Part shown: positions 32,857 through 41,903 of the stretch, piece after piece
Position numbering within the stretch: the stretch's first letter is position 1
Layout of the letters: every line of letters starts with the position of its first letter
Source: a virus
Strand: one strand, 5' to 3'
Virus record (IMG/VR): IMGVR_UViG_3300044786_000023
Span: 1 to 64,000 of that record
DNA length: 64,000 bases
Notes under the pieces: model-generated
Database searches by the model: none
Seen by the model: only the letters and a program-made list of their open reading frames with translations
What the model was told of the DNA's origin: nothing
Translations under genes and position numbers: made by a program

Positions 32857-33188
32857 AATGGGGCGCTTACTATCGCCAGTCACCCAAAACCGTTCAATAT
32901 CGAATCGGCAAACGGCGTGCTGCTTCAGTTGGCTACTTCACACCTGAACAGTGGCAAATGCTGTGCGCTTTCTTTGACGGTAAATGTGCGAGATGTGGGA
33001 AGAAGGGGTACTTGTCACCGGATCATATCATGCCGGCCAGTCGAGGGGGCACGACTTGGATAGATAACATTCAGCCGCTTTGCCCTGGTTGCAATGTGCG
33101 CAAAAGTAACATTTATACTAACGACTATCGGCCTGAGAATGTGAAGGAGTGGGCAAGGCAGGAAATGGAGAGGATGGATCTTGAATGA
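32853..33188 (+). CDS. HNH endonuclease
   Basis: Carries CARCGKKGYLSPDHIMPASRGG...NIQPLCPGCNVRK. Confidence 0.8.
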   Translation: MKWGAYYRQSPKTVQYRIGKRRAASVGYFTPEQWQMLCAFFDGKCARCGKKGYLSPDHIMPASRGGTTWIDNIQPLCPGCNVRKSNIYTNDYRPENVKEWARQEMERMDLE

Positions 33189-33490
33189 CTACTACAAAAC
33201 AAACTACGCTAAAGTGTAATCACTGTAAAAAGGAAGCATCCTTTGTGGGAGAACGTCCAGAGTTACCCGGCCTATATCGCATTGAAGGGGTATCGCCACC
33301 TGAGTCACCAAGAAACTGGTACAGAATTGATCCAAGCTACATAAACAGTATTTGGATGTCAAGCGATTTTGTAATCGGTGGTGACTTCTGTTCACCTGAA
33401 TGTATGCGAGATTACATCATAGAGAAGATTGATGAGTATGATAATCCTAAGCCTATTATGTATGGTGGCTTGTTTTCTGAGGTTAAATGA
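33185..33490 (+). CDS. hypothetical protein
   Basis: Track ORF with Cys pairs. Confidence 0.5.
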   Translation: MTTTKQTTLKCNHCKKEASFVGERPELPGLYRIEGVSPPESPRNWYRIDPSYINSIWMSSDFVIGGDFCSPECMRDYIIEKIDEYDNPKPIMYGGLFSEVK

Positions 33491-34239
33491 GTATCTTTGT
33501 GGACTTCGCAACTTTTGCTTACGCCGGCGACGCGCACCGACTTCATGCGCCGGGTCAGCTAAAACTGCAAGTTGAATCTAATGGCTATCCATTTAATAGG
33601 GTTATTGTCATCCATCAACTATGTAATCCACTCGATTATGGGAGGTATCTACTATTTGAGGATTGCAGTTTTTGGATAGACAATTTTGTCATAGATGACC
33701 TAGATAAAGTACTGAGAACATTCAACGTTGATATAGATAAGCCTCAATACGTTAGCTCTACTGATAAGACGCACACCTGGAAGAATCACACTGCTAACCA
33801 CTTGGCGGCGGTTATGCGCTCTAGTGCTGATTACATCGTATTTGCCGATAACGACTGTTGGATGATTAAGCAGCCTGATAGTTGGGTAAACAAGGGAGTT
33901 GAAATTCTATCGGCTAACCCTGATGTGTTTATCGTTAGTCCTAATGATGGTGAGCCAGAGCGAAGGACACAGGTAATCTCTCAACAGATGTTTATGGCTA
34001 GAACGAATGAATTTAGAGAGGCAGACTTTAACCAGCCGGGATATAGTGGTAATCCGAGAGACTATCCAGAGATGCCCGAATATCACGCGATGGGAGAGGG
34101 CAGGATTCACTATCATTGTGTAGCAAGCGGCAAGTATCGCTATGTGTTACCCTCTGAGTATCGTTACTTTCATCACAATAGACTAAATGAAGATGGTACA
34201 TACAAGACGAACTATAGTGACTACGGGATAATAGTCTAA
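33487..34239 (+). CDS. hypothetical protein, possible GT-A fold
   Basis: Carries the DxD-like IVFADNDCW. Otherwise unrecognised. Confidence 0.4.
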   Translation: MSIFVDFATFAYAGDAHRLHAPGQLKLQVESNGYPFNRVIVIHQLCNPLDYGRYLLFEDCSFWIDNFVIDDLDKVLRTFNVDIDKPQYVSSTDKTHTWKNHTANHLAAVMRSSADYIVFADNDCWMIKQPDSWVNKGVEILSANPDVFIVSPNDGEPERRTQVISQQMFMARTNEFREADFNQPGYSGNPRDYPEMPEYHAMGEGRIHYHCVASGKYRYVLPSEYRYFHHNRLNEDGTYKTNYSDYGIIV

Positions 34240-34448
34240 TGGACATTCAAACCATTCCATTTAATTCTAATGAGAAGGGTATTATTGTATTGAGGGGTGT
34301 TTCTGATAAAGAGGCTCATGAAATAATCTCTAAACTTCGAGAGTGGGGAGAATCCAGTGAACCTAAGTTTATTATCTGGTCTCCCGATCCTGATATATCT
34401 ATTGAATTTGTCAGAGTAGGTCAAGTAGAGGATATAAAAGCAGAATGA
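34239..34448 (+). CDS. hypothetical protein
   Basis: Track ORF. Confidence 0.45.
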   Translation: MDIQTIPFNSNEKGIIVLRGVSDKEAHEIISKLREWGESSEPKFIIWSPDPDISIEFVRVGQVEDIKAE

Positions 34449-34636
34449 AAGTCGGCCAAGTATTCGACTTGCCCCCTGACATCCTTTACCCGCTAGGGCA
34501 TATCGGCAAGCTAAAGAACAAGGATGAGACTAAGCTAATGGGTAAATATGAAGTGGTGGAAGTCGAAGGTGAGCTAAAGGGACGGGTTATCGTGACGTAT
34601 GGAAATAGGAGGCGCAATGTGCCAGAACTGCGTTAA
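34445..34636 (+). CDS. hypothetical protein
   Basis: Track ORF. Confidence 0.45.
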   Translation: MKVGQVFDLPPDILYPLGHIGKLKNKDETKLMGKYEVVEVEGELKGRVIVTYGNRRRNVPELR

Positions 34637-34943
34637 TAGTGGCGTTCTATCACAAGAGACTTATGATAAGATTGAACAATTTTTGAAGGTACACCCTAGT
34701 GCTGAATGGGGACCGGCTCATATTGTTTTGAGTGATGATAACATACTAGACGCTCATATCAAGTGGTGTTTAGGATTGGCTAAGGCTGCACTGTCCAAGA
34801 ATCCCAATGACTTGTTTGATTTGCCAGGCGATATTGATATGATGAATCGACATGATTGGTACTCAGAGGATAATCCAAGTAGCCTACAGGCCACAGTCGC
34901 ATTTTTAGAGGAATTACTACAAATACCAGAGGATGTAAGATGA
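34599..34943 (+). CDS. hypothetical protein
   Basis: Track ORF. Confidence 0.45.
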   Translation: MEIGGAMCQNCVNSGVLSQETYDKIEQFLKVHPSAEWGPAHIVLSDDNILDAHIKWCLGLAKAALSKNPNDLFDLPGDIDMMNRHDWYSEDNPSSLQATVAFLEELLQIPEDVR

Positions 34944-35803
34944 GAGTACTTATCACGGGTGGTAGCTCACTTTTAGGCAAGACGTTATCGGAATCGCGTC
35001 CCGATAACATCATTCTAGATTCCACCTGGTACACAAACCATGTGCCTAGCTTAACTATGCACCACATGGACGTGTGCAATAAGTCACAGGTAACTTATGT
35101 TTTTGAACGCGCTAAGCCAGATGTTGTTATTCATTGCGCAGCGGTTGGTAGCGTGGACTATACCGAAGGACACTTCACTGAGACGCGCAATGTCAATGTG
35201 CTAGGTACTGAGAATGTGCTAAAAGCTGCGCAGGACTCAAAAGCATTATTCGTCTACATCTCGACTAATGCGGTATTCGATGGCAGTGCGCCGCCATATG
35301 ATGAGACGCATCACAGGCAGCCGGTAAACAGATATGGCAGTATCAAGCGTGAAGCTGAGAACATTGTTATGGCTTCACGTAACTGGCTTATTATTCGGCC
35401 CTTTATGCTTTACGGCTATCCGTATCCAGGGGGGCGCGGTAATTGGTTCACGGCTATTCTCTCTCTCTTAAGCGGAGGTGAGACAGCCAAGCTAGTTGAT
35501 GATACCTACTGGCAACCGTCACTGGCTTTAGACGTGGCACAAGCTATCTGGCGACTGATTGAGCTAGGTAAGCGAGATGAGATATACCATGTAGCTGGTG
35601 ATGAAAGATTAACGCTATTCTGGTTCGGTATGATGATTGCTAGATTATGGGGGTATAGTCCTGACTTGATTGTCCCTATTTCTAGTAGCAGCTTGAAGGG
35701 CATAGCACCACGGCCAAGAGATACCACGTTTAAGTTGGACAAGATACACGAATTAGGGATCAAGTTAAGAAATGTTGAGGAAGGGTTAAAGGTATTAAAG
35801 TGA
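34940..35803 (+). CDS. NAD(P)-dependent sugar epimerase/reductase, RmlD-like
   Basis: Carries MRVLITGGSSLLG (Rossmann) and YGSIKREAE (YxxxK). Confidence 0.75.
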   Translation: MRVLITGGSSLLGKTLSESRPDNIILDSTWYTNHVPSLTMHHMDVCNKSQVTYVFERAKPDVVIHCAAVGSVDYTEGHFTETRNVNVLGTENVLKAAQDSKALFVYISTNAVFDGSAPPYDETHHRQPVNRYGSIKREAENIVMASRNWLIIRPFMLYGYPYPGGRGNWFTAILSLLSGGETAKLVDDTYWQPSLALDVAQAIWRLIELGKRDEIYHVAGDERLTLFWFGMMIARLWGYSPDLIVPISSSSLKGIAPRPRDTTFKLDKIHELGIKLRNVEEGLKVLK

Positions 35804-36270
35804 TAGATGAAGTAATTCCCTTAGTCAAGATAATTCAACATATCAGCAAGGTATCATCACTGCTAAAAAGAGTAGCCAGAACGTTAGAATCAAGAGCCGA
35901 TACTCACGACGTAACCAAATTTGAGCCTGATGAGTTTAGCGGCTTCTGTCAATTAGATTCATATCGGCTTCACGGTAAAGAGGAATACGGCTCTAAAGCT
36001 TACGAAGCTGGTATGAATATCGATGCTGTTAAGCTACATCTATCTCGTAACTCTCACCATATCGAATATTGGCCTAATGGTTTAGCCGGCATGTCTTTTG
36101 CTGATGTTATCGAGATGTTAGCTGATTGGGAGGTAGCAAGACAACAACGAGATACCGAGCAAGATATTAACAAGACTTGGTTAACTAGACAAGAAAGATT
36201 TAAGCTAAGTGATTTTGAGATAACTTTTCTCAGGACAATATGGGAAAAGATTGAAAAGGACTTAAAATGA
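35800..36270 (+). CDS. hypothetical protein (His-rich motifs HDVTK ... SHHIEYW)
   Basis: Track ORF. Confidence 0.5.
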   Translation: MIDEVIPLVKIIQHISKVSSLLKRVARTLESRADTHDVTKFEPDEFSGFCQLDSYRLHGKEEYGSKAYEAGMNIDAVKLHLSRNSHHIEYWPNGLAGMSFADVIEMLADWEVARQQRDTEQDINKTWLTRQERFKLSDFEITFLRTIWEKIEKDLK

Positions 36271-36317
36271 GTTATCCCATGAGAAGTGTAGAGGAAGGAC
36301 TAAGGGCATTGAAGTAG

Positions 36318-36590
36318 ATGCAAGGTAAAATTTCAGAACTCAATACTTTTGCTAATATGGTTATCCCGAAAGAACTTGATGACCGCGCCAGACTATGGGC
36401 AGCTAAACTTAAAACGACTAGATCAAAGCTAACAGCTATAGCTTTATGTGAATATATTGACAAATTGGACAAGGGAGATAATCAGGTTATAACAAGAACA
36501 CAGCAAAGGTTGAGAGAATCCAGGCAAAGAATGAGTGATGCTGCTAAGTCAAGAGAAGCTAAAAAAAGAGGGATAGAATCAAGTGAGTGA
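36318..36590 (+). CDS. hypothetical protein, possibly ribbon-helix-helix
   Basis: Carries RARLWAAKLKTTRSKLTAIALCEYIDKL. Confidence 0.4.
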   Translation: MQGKISELNTFANMVIPKELDDRARLWAAKLKTTRSKLTAIALCEYIDKLDKGDNQVITRTQQRLRESRQRMSDAAKSREAKKRGIESSE

Positions 36591-37503
36591 GTATCCCATT
36601 TCGGCTTGCTGCTTTATCCGCAATAACTCTGTAGGATTCTGCCTCTACGAATCACTTGCAAGCTTGCTACCACTTTGCAGTGAAGCTATCATTATGGATC
36701 TCGGAAGTGATGATGGTACACTCGAAATCTTACGCGACATCTCCCAAGGTAATCCCAAAGTAAATGTCATTTCAATGGGCAGTTTCCCCTTTACCGACGC
36801 CAATGTATTTGCCACGCTTGCTAACGACTTAATAGCTATGTGTCATAATGACAATGTGCTATACTGGCAAGCCGATGAGATATGGCATGAAGACTTGCTT
36901 AAACTAATGGCCCAACGCTTTGAACGTGGTGAGTTCGATTTATCCTTTTGGCGTATTCAGTATGCTAATAACTTTCAGTACGTTAAATGGTTCCCCCAGC
37001 TAGTGCATCGCGTGGGTATACGTGGCAGCAATATGAATGTAGGTAAAAACAACTTTGAGTTTGACGGTGATGGCATGAACACTACCCGCATGTGGGATGC
37101 CAAAATATGTAGCACTTACGGCGGTGAATACTTCCCTAAATGGGGGAGCATGGGGCAAGATGGTATTAAGCCTTACGTCAATGAGATGATTACCGATGTT
37201 TCACTACTTGGTGGTTTTAGGGATAACATACCCGAACGCCGGCGCATGCATGCCCCATTCTGGCATGAGGAACCGGACATACCTTACTTCGACAAGGTAA
37301 CTAAACAGCAGCCGCGCATGTCATCCTCAGAATGGATGACGGCAGCATTAGTGGATAGTGACTGGACTAAGCTGGAATCACCTTATAACTTGCCGGCGAT
37401 TCTAAAGTGGCACGTTGGCAGGACGCACTATGAATTGCGTCCTGAATTACTACAAGCGTTGAAAGAGGATAGGAATTTTGTCCAAGAAATCACCTCTACC
37501 TAA
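36583..37503 (+). CDS. family-2 glycosyltransferase
   Basis: Carries ISACCFIRNN...IIMDLGSDDGT...YWQADEIW. It shares the C-terminal motif PYNLPAILKWHVGRTHYEL with 31634 (PFHLPEILLPLVGKTRYEV). Confidence 0.7.
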   Translation: MSEYPISACCFIRNNSVGFCLYESLASLLPLCSEAIIMDLGSDDGTLEILRDISQGNPKVNVISMGSFPFTDANVFATLANDLIAMCHNDNVLYWQADEIWHEDLLKLMAQRFERGEFDLSFWRIQYANNFQYVKWFPQLVHRVGIRGSNMNVGKNNFEFDGDGMNTTRMWDAKICSTYGGEYFPKWGSMGQDGIKPYVNEMITDVSLLGGFRDNIPERRRMHAPFWHEEPDIPYFDKVTKQQPRMSSSEWMTAALVDSDWTKLESPYNLPAILKWHVGRTHYELRPELLQALKEDRNFVQEITST

Positions 37504-37669
37504 ACTAGTTATGTTGCCGATAAACGGTGAGTACAAAATCATACCTCTGCCTAAAAAGCAAAATTTGCTTGAATCTATCCTCAGCTTTGCAGTCGTTTGG
37601 ATAACTCTAATTCTTTGCGGCTCATTTTGTTTTCATATTATCTATGTTACTCAATCACGACTACCTTAG
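37478..37669 (+). CDS. small membrane protein
   Basis: Track ORF with one TM segment. Confidence 0.4.
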   Translation: MSKKSPLPKLVMLPINGEYKIIPLPKKQNLLESILSFAVVWITLILCGSFCFHIIYVTQSRLP

Positions 37670-38030
37670 ACTCATCCTGGCTATCCTTACCTGCTATCGC
37701 CTAAGCCGCATGCTTGCGCTAGACGACGGGCCGCTATTCGTATTCAAGCGGGTAAGATATTGGGTAAAGGATAAGGCATGGCTAGAAGCTACTGTAGCTA
37801 ATGAGATTTATTATAGTTCAAACGATGTCAATGGTGAGATTGGTGAGAGATGGTTTGGCAAATGGCATAATCTAGCCGAAGGTATTACCTGCCCCTATTG
37901 CGTTGGCGTGTGGCTATCCTTGCCACTATTTGCTATGCTGGTATGGCCTACGTATGGTGGCGACTTGTTTTTACTACTCATGGCTATTAGTGGGGGGCAA
38001 GCGTTTTTGCAGAGTTTGGATAAAGATTAA
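37644..38030 (+). CDS. membrane protein (DUF1360-like)
   Basis: Carries LILAILTCYRLSRMLALDDGP...CPYCVGVWLSLPLFA. Confidence 0.5.
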   Translation: MLLNHDYLRLILAILTCYRLSRMLALDDGPLFVFKRVRYWVKDKAWLEATVANEIYYSSNDVNGEIGERWFGKWHNLAEGITCPYCVGVWLSLPLFAMLVWPTYGGDLFLLLMAISGGQAFLQSLDKD

Positions 38031-38224
38031 TGAACCAAGATATAAAAGTAATTATTATTGCTAATATAGTAGCCAGGGCAGATGAACCTAATAAGCTATG
38101 GATGTATAATTATCTCTCTAAAAATATTGATGACATTGTAGAGAGTGTCAACCAGCACAACCCATTAAAGCACGGCTTTAGGGGTTTAGAAGTCCAAGAT
38201 GAAATGAGGCGACTCGGTGAATAA
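38030..38224 (+). CDS. hypothetical protein
   Basis: Track ORF. Confidence 0.45.
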   Translation: MNQDIKVIIIANIVARADEPNKLWMYNYLSKNIDDIVESVNQHNPLKHGFRGLEVQDEMRRLGE

Positions 38225-38921
38225 TTTTACCCTATCCGACATTCACAAGTTAACCACCGAATCCCTCCTTGAAATCCCAACCGGCAATCCCTGGCTAGAT
38301 GCTAGATACGATGAACAGGTTGGTATTATTGGTCATACGAATCCGTATTATCGCTTATTCTACCGCATAGCGCAGCAGCTTAAACCTGAGTTTGTGGTAG
38401 AGTTGGGTTCGTGGCGCGGCGATGCATCGGCTCATTTTGCGCTTGGCAATCCTGAATGCGCCGTGATTGCCGTGGACATCCATAAGGATAATGACATAGC
38501 GGGTATGGCAAAGTTGCAAGAAGCAGTGAATTTACTGCCTAATATGACATGGGTACAAGCATGGTCATGGGATGCGGTAGAGACGGTTAAGGCAGTGGAC
38601 AAGCCGATTTCGATTCTCTTCATTGACGCCTGGCACGACTATAAATACGCCAAACTAGAATGGGACTTATACTCACCTTTACTTGCCAGTCCCTCACTTG
38701 TTATCTGTGATGACATAACGGCGGGGTACAACTTTGAGGGTATGCTAAACTTTTGGAATGAGTTACCGGGTGAGAAATTCCTGGATAACTTCATTCATGT
38801 TGGCGTGCCCATGGGTTTTGTAAAATATGTGGCAAAAGATAGAACACCTGATTCAACAGAGTCAACGCAGGATACGCAACCTGCCCCTAGAAAGCGTGGC
38901 CGTAAACCCCGAACGGCGTAA
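38217..38921 (+). CDS. class I SAM-dependent methyltransferase (CmcI/TylF-like), paralog A
   Basis: Carries NPYYRLFYRI...VVELGSWRGDAS...ILFIDAWHDY...LVICDDI...FWNELPGEKF. The C-terminal tail is basic (PRKRGRKPR). Confidence 0.7.
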   Translation: MNNFTLSDIHKLTTESLLEIPTGNPWLDARYDEQVGIIGHTNPYYRLFYRIAQQLKPEFVVELGSWRGDASAHFALGNPECAVIAVDIHKDNDIAGMAKLQEAVNLLPNMTWVQAWSWDAVETVKAVDKPISILFIDAWHDYKYAKLEWDLYSPLLASPSLVICDDITAGYNFEGMLNFWNELPGEKFLDNFIHVGVPMGFVKYVAKDRTPDSTESTQDTQPAPRKRGRKPRTA

Positions 38922-39408
38922 CTACTACCGCTTTCTGTACCGGCTAGTTAAGATGTTCAAATCTAAGCTATGCCTTGAAATTGGCATACAAACCGGCATG
39001 GCCTCTGCTTATATGTGTGCGGCTGGCAGTCAAGTTATCGGCATAGATATACTTGTACCGGGGATGGTAATGCCTGATAGTTTTCACTTCATTCATGGGG
39101 ATTCAACTGACATGCTTACCTACGCTAAAGTAATGGAGCTGGTATCACGGTATGGCAAACTCGGCTTAGTTTTCCAGGACTCAAGTCACCACTATCTACC
39201 TAGTAAAAAGGAATGGGAATTGTATTCAGCATTATTAGCACCTAACGCTATTTGGATATGTGATGACATAACGGTGGCATTTTACAATACCGAGACTGAC
39301 CCGTTGGGTAAAGGTATGGTTCAATACTTCGATGAATTACCAGGGGAGAAGCGGCTATATCAGGATGTGCTGCATCGTGGTAACTGTCAAGGAATCGTGT
39401 TGACTTGA
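38827..39408 (+). CDS. class I SAM-dependent methyltransferase, paralog B (start probably GTG ~38895)
   Basis: Carries NYYRFLYRLV...LEIGIQTGMAS...LVFQDSSHHY...IWICDDI...YFDELPGEKR. Confidence 0.7.
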   Translation: MWQKIEHLIQQSQRRIRNLPLESVAVNPERRNYYRFLYRLVKMFKSKLCLEIGIQTGMASAYMCAAGSQVIGIDILVPGMVMPDSFHFIHGDSTDMLTYAKVMELVSRYGKLGLVFQDSSHHYLPSKKEWELYSALLAPNAIWICDDITVAFYNTETDPLGKGMVQYFDELPGEKRLYQDVLHRGNCQGIVLT

Positions 39409-39950
39409 ATCTAAAGCGTCTAGTCAATAAAGCTATTAAATCTCCTCCCCTCCCTTCCCTATCCTGGCTATATGGTGACTACTACTCACCTTATTACACG
39501 CTGATGTATCTACTAGCTGGTACGATTCAAAATGGCTTGCTAGTTGAGCTTGGCGTTGAACAAGGTAGAGGCTTAGTTTCTATGGCGGTGGCAAGTAACA
39601 CTAATCGGGTTATCGGTTTTGATTCTCATTTGCATCCTGAGTTAAGCAGGAATCTGAAAGTGTATTCTAATGTATTATTTTTTAACTTACCTTCATTGCC
39701 TGTACCTCGTATAATCACAAGTAAGCCGATAAGTCTTTTGCACATTGACACTGAACATAGCTACTCTATGGCTAAGGCTGAATTTGAGGCATATCAACCT
39801 TACCTGGCTAAAGGTGCTTATGTCCTATTTGATGATCTACATGCTATTGAGGATGAGGTGCTGACTTACTTTAACGAGTTACCTTATGAGAAAATACAGG
39901 ATGATAGGCTGCATCCTAGTTGCGGGTATGGGGTGATGATTTATGAGTAG
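39405..39950 (+). CDS. class I SAM-dependent methyltransferase, paralog C
   Basis: Carries SPYYTLMYLL...LVELGVEQGRG...LLHIDTEHSY...YVLFDDL...YFNELPYEKI. Confidence 0.7.
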   Translation: MNLKRLVNKAIKSPPLPSLSWLYGDYYSPYYTLMYLLAGTIQNGLLVELGVEQGRGLVSMAVASNTNRVIGFDSHLHPELSRNLKVYSNVLFFNLPSLPVPRIITSKPISLLHIDTEHSYSMAKAEFEAYQPYLAKGAYVLFDDLHAIEDEVLTYFNELPYEKIQDDRLHPSCGYGVMIYE

Positions 39951-40188
39951 TGAAGAATGGCAAAAAGCAATAAACAATATAACTGACGGATGGACAACGA
40001 GTCCATTTGGCTCTTTTGCTGAGACAGTAAGCGAGTTAAAGCTAGAGCCAGAGCCGCCAACCTGGAAAGATAGAATCAGTAAAATTCCTTACTTAATAGC
40101 TTATTACACTAGCTATCCATTCATCTGGCTTATCTGTGAATTGTGGCATGGCGTAAAAGATGCATGGGAATCGGTATTCGATGAGTAG
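39943..40188 (+). CDS. hypothetical protein
   Basis: Track ORF. Confidence 0.45.
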   Translation: MSSEEWQKAINNITDGWTTSPFGSFAETVSELKLEPEPPTWKDRISKIPYLIAYYTSYPFIWLICELWHGVKDAWESVFDE

Positions 40189-40765
40189 CCCCTGGCTCCC
40201 CTATCTCATGACTGACTACATAAAACAGCTTAAACCGCAACGAGTATTTGAGTGGGGTAGTGGGGAGAGTACCTTATTCTTTATCGAGCTAGACACTAAG
40301 TGTTTAGCTTCTATTGAACATAACAAAGAGTGGTTTGACAAGATAAATCAGGGACTCATTGATAAGAATGTTCTCCACGCTGGTTATAACTACGTACCTT
40401 ATGAGGATAGTACAATTGGCTCTAATCCTGCTAATCCCGTTCACTACAAATCAGCATCTACTGAATTGGGTGAGGTAAACTTTAAGCAATATGCCTCAAT
40501 TATAGATAGGTATGGTGATAGGAAATTTGACCTCATCCTCATTGACGGCATGGCTCGTGCTTCCTGTTTGTACCACGCTGCCAGTCACGTCGCTGAAGGT
40601 GGCTGTATAGTGCTGGATAACGCCGAACGTGACTACTATATGCAAAATGTCTCATTCTTATTTGAGGGATGGGAACGGATACTATTTGAGGGATACGGGC
40701 CGATACTGGATTACCAATGGAAAACGCTGGTACTGATAAATAAACGGAAACGACATTATGAATGA
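40160..40765 (+). CDS. SAM methyltransferase-fold protein resembling the DUF579/glucuronoxylan O-methyltransferase type
   Basis: Carries VFEWGSGESTLFF...ASIEHNKEW...YNYVPY...DLILIDGMARASC...VLDNAERD. The likely start is MSSPWLP at 40181. Confidence 0.55.
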   Translation: MHGNRYSMSSPWLPYLMTDYIKQLKPQRVFEWGSGESTLFFIELDTKCLASIEHNKEWFDKINQGLIDKNVLHAGYNYVPYEDSTIGSNPANPVHYKSASTELGEVNFKQYASIIDRYGDRKFDLILIDGMARASCLYHAASHVAEGGCIVLDNAERDYYMQNVSFLFEGWERILFEGYGPILDYQWKTLVLINKRKRHYE

Positions 40766-40964
40766 TAAAGGTTACACTTTAACGACATCTATCGAGTTAT
40801 GGAAACGACTAATGGATAGAACTGGCAATCCATACAGCAAGTGCTATGGTGTACCTCAGCAGTGCTTCTTTTGCGATGCTGGCTATCCAGCGCATAGCCC
40901 CGGTTGCATATGGCCTATTGCAGTAGAACTTGTCAGATTGGATGAAAAAGGCGAACTGAGTTAA
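40758..40964 (+). CDS. hypothetical protein
   Basis: Track ORF. Confidence 0.45.
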   Translation: MNDKGYTLTTSIELWKRLMDRTGNPYSKCYGVPQQCFFCDAGYPAHSPGCIWPIAVELVRLDEKGELS

Positions 40965-41651
40965 GTGAGTACCTGTTTATCTCACCTATGGATTGAACGC
41001 GGCCCAATGATCTCCGGTTCCGATGAACCAGGAATAGAATTGAGCCAGCAATTAGAACAGTTGTGGCTGGAATCGACAAGAGGAAATATTATGAATAAGT
41101 CTATCTTACACGCCTTAGCCCAACAAGCCTTAACCGATTCTATCTACCCCTCTCCCCTATTCCCGCCGTCGCCTTATTATCGCTTTCTTAAACGGCTGTC
41201 CGAACATCTACAGCCACGCGTATCCGTTGTACTTGGAGTCTGCGGTGGCGGCTGTTGCTTACATCTGGCACTAGGGAATCCACAAGGCAGAGTCGTTGGT
41301 GTTGACTTTGCTTACGATCACGACGAACAGATAAAGCATATCTATAAGGCGTGTCCAAACTTTATATTTTGGCATGGCGATTCGGTTTTCGATGTAGGCC
41401 AAATAGTAAGTGACTTTGGTCAGCCTCAAATTGTGTTTGTGGACACGACACATACTTATCATCAAACTATGACAGAGTTTAATACGTGGCGCGATTATCT
41501 GGCCGATAACTGGATTATGTGCTTTGATGACCTATTCCGGCCTGGAATGGAACAGGCGTGGAATGAGTTACCAGAGCCAAAGGTGCGCTTAGATGCATTG
41601 CATACAGGCGCAGAAGAGGGCGGCGGATTCGGGGTAGTGTGGCAGGGATAG
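40965..41651 (+). CDS. class I SAM-dependent methyltransferase, paralog D
   Basis: Carries SPYYRFLKRL...VVLGVCGGGC...IVFVDTTHTY...IMCFDDL...AWNELPEPKV. GTG start, with internal ATGs possible. Confidence 0.65.
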   Translation: MSTCLSHLWIERGPMISGSDEPGIELSQQLEQLWLESTRGNIMNKSILHALAQQALTDSIYPSPLFPPSPYYRFLKRLSEHLQPRVSVVLGVCGGGCCLHLALGNPQGRVVGVDFAYDHDEQIKHIYKACPNFIFWHGDSVFDVGQIVSDFGQPQIVFVDTTHTYHQTMTEFNTWRDYLADNWIMCFDDLFRPGMEQAWNELPEPKVRLDALHTGAEEGGGFGVVWQG

Positions 41652-41848
41652 AGATGGTATCAATTCTCAGAGATTTAGGCGAACTTATACTAGAAAGTTT
41701 AATGCGGATTCTAGTAGTATTCGTCTCTTCTATCTTGGGTACATTGGCGCTTGTCTTGTTTACTGTAGCCTTTTTCGGCGGCATATTTATCGTCTTCTAC
41801 CTTATTAGTTGGTTAGTTTTCGGCATTAACTTAATGTTTGGATTATAA
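41639..41848 (+). CDS. small membrane protein
   Basis: Track ORF with two TM segments. Confidence 0.45.
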   Translation: MAGIEMVSILRDLGELILESLMRILVVFVSSILGTLALVLFTVAFFGGIFIVFYLISWLVFGINLMFGL

Positions 41849-41903
41849 TAATGATTAGCCCTTTCGGTATTATACCTAGCGGCGTAGCTTACACTATGCT
41901 GTT

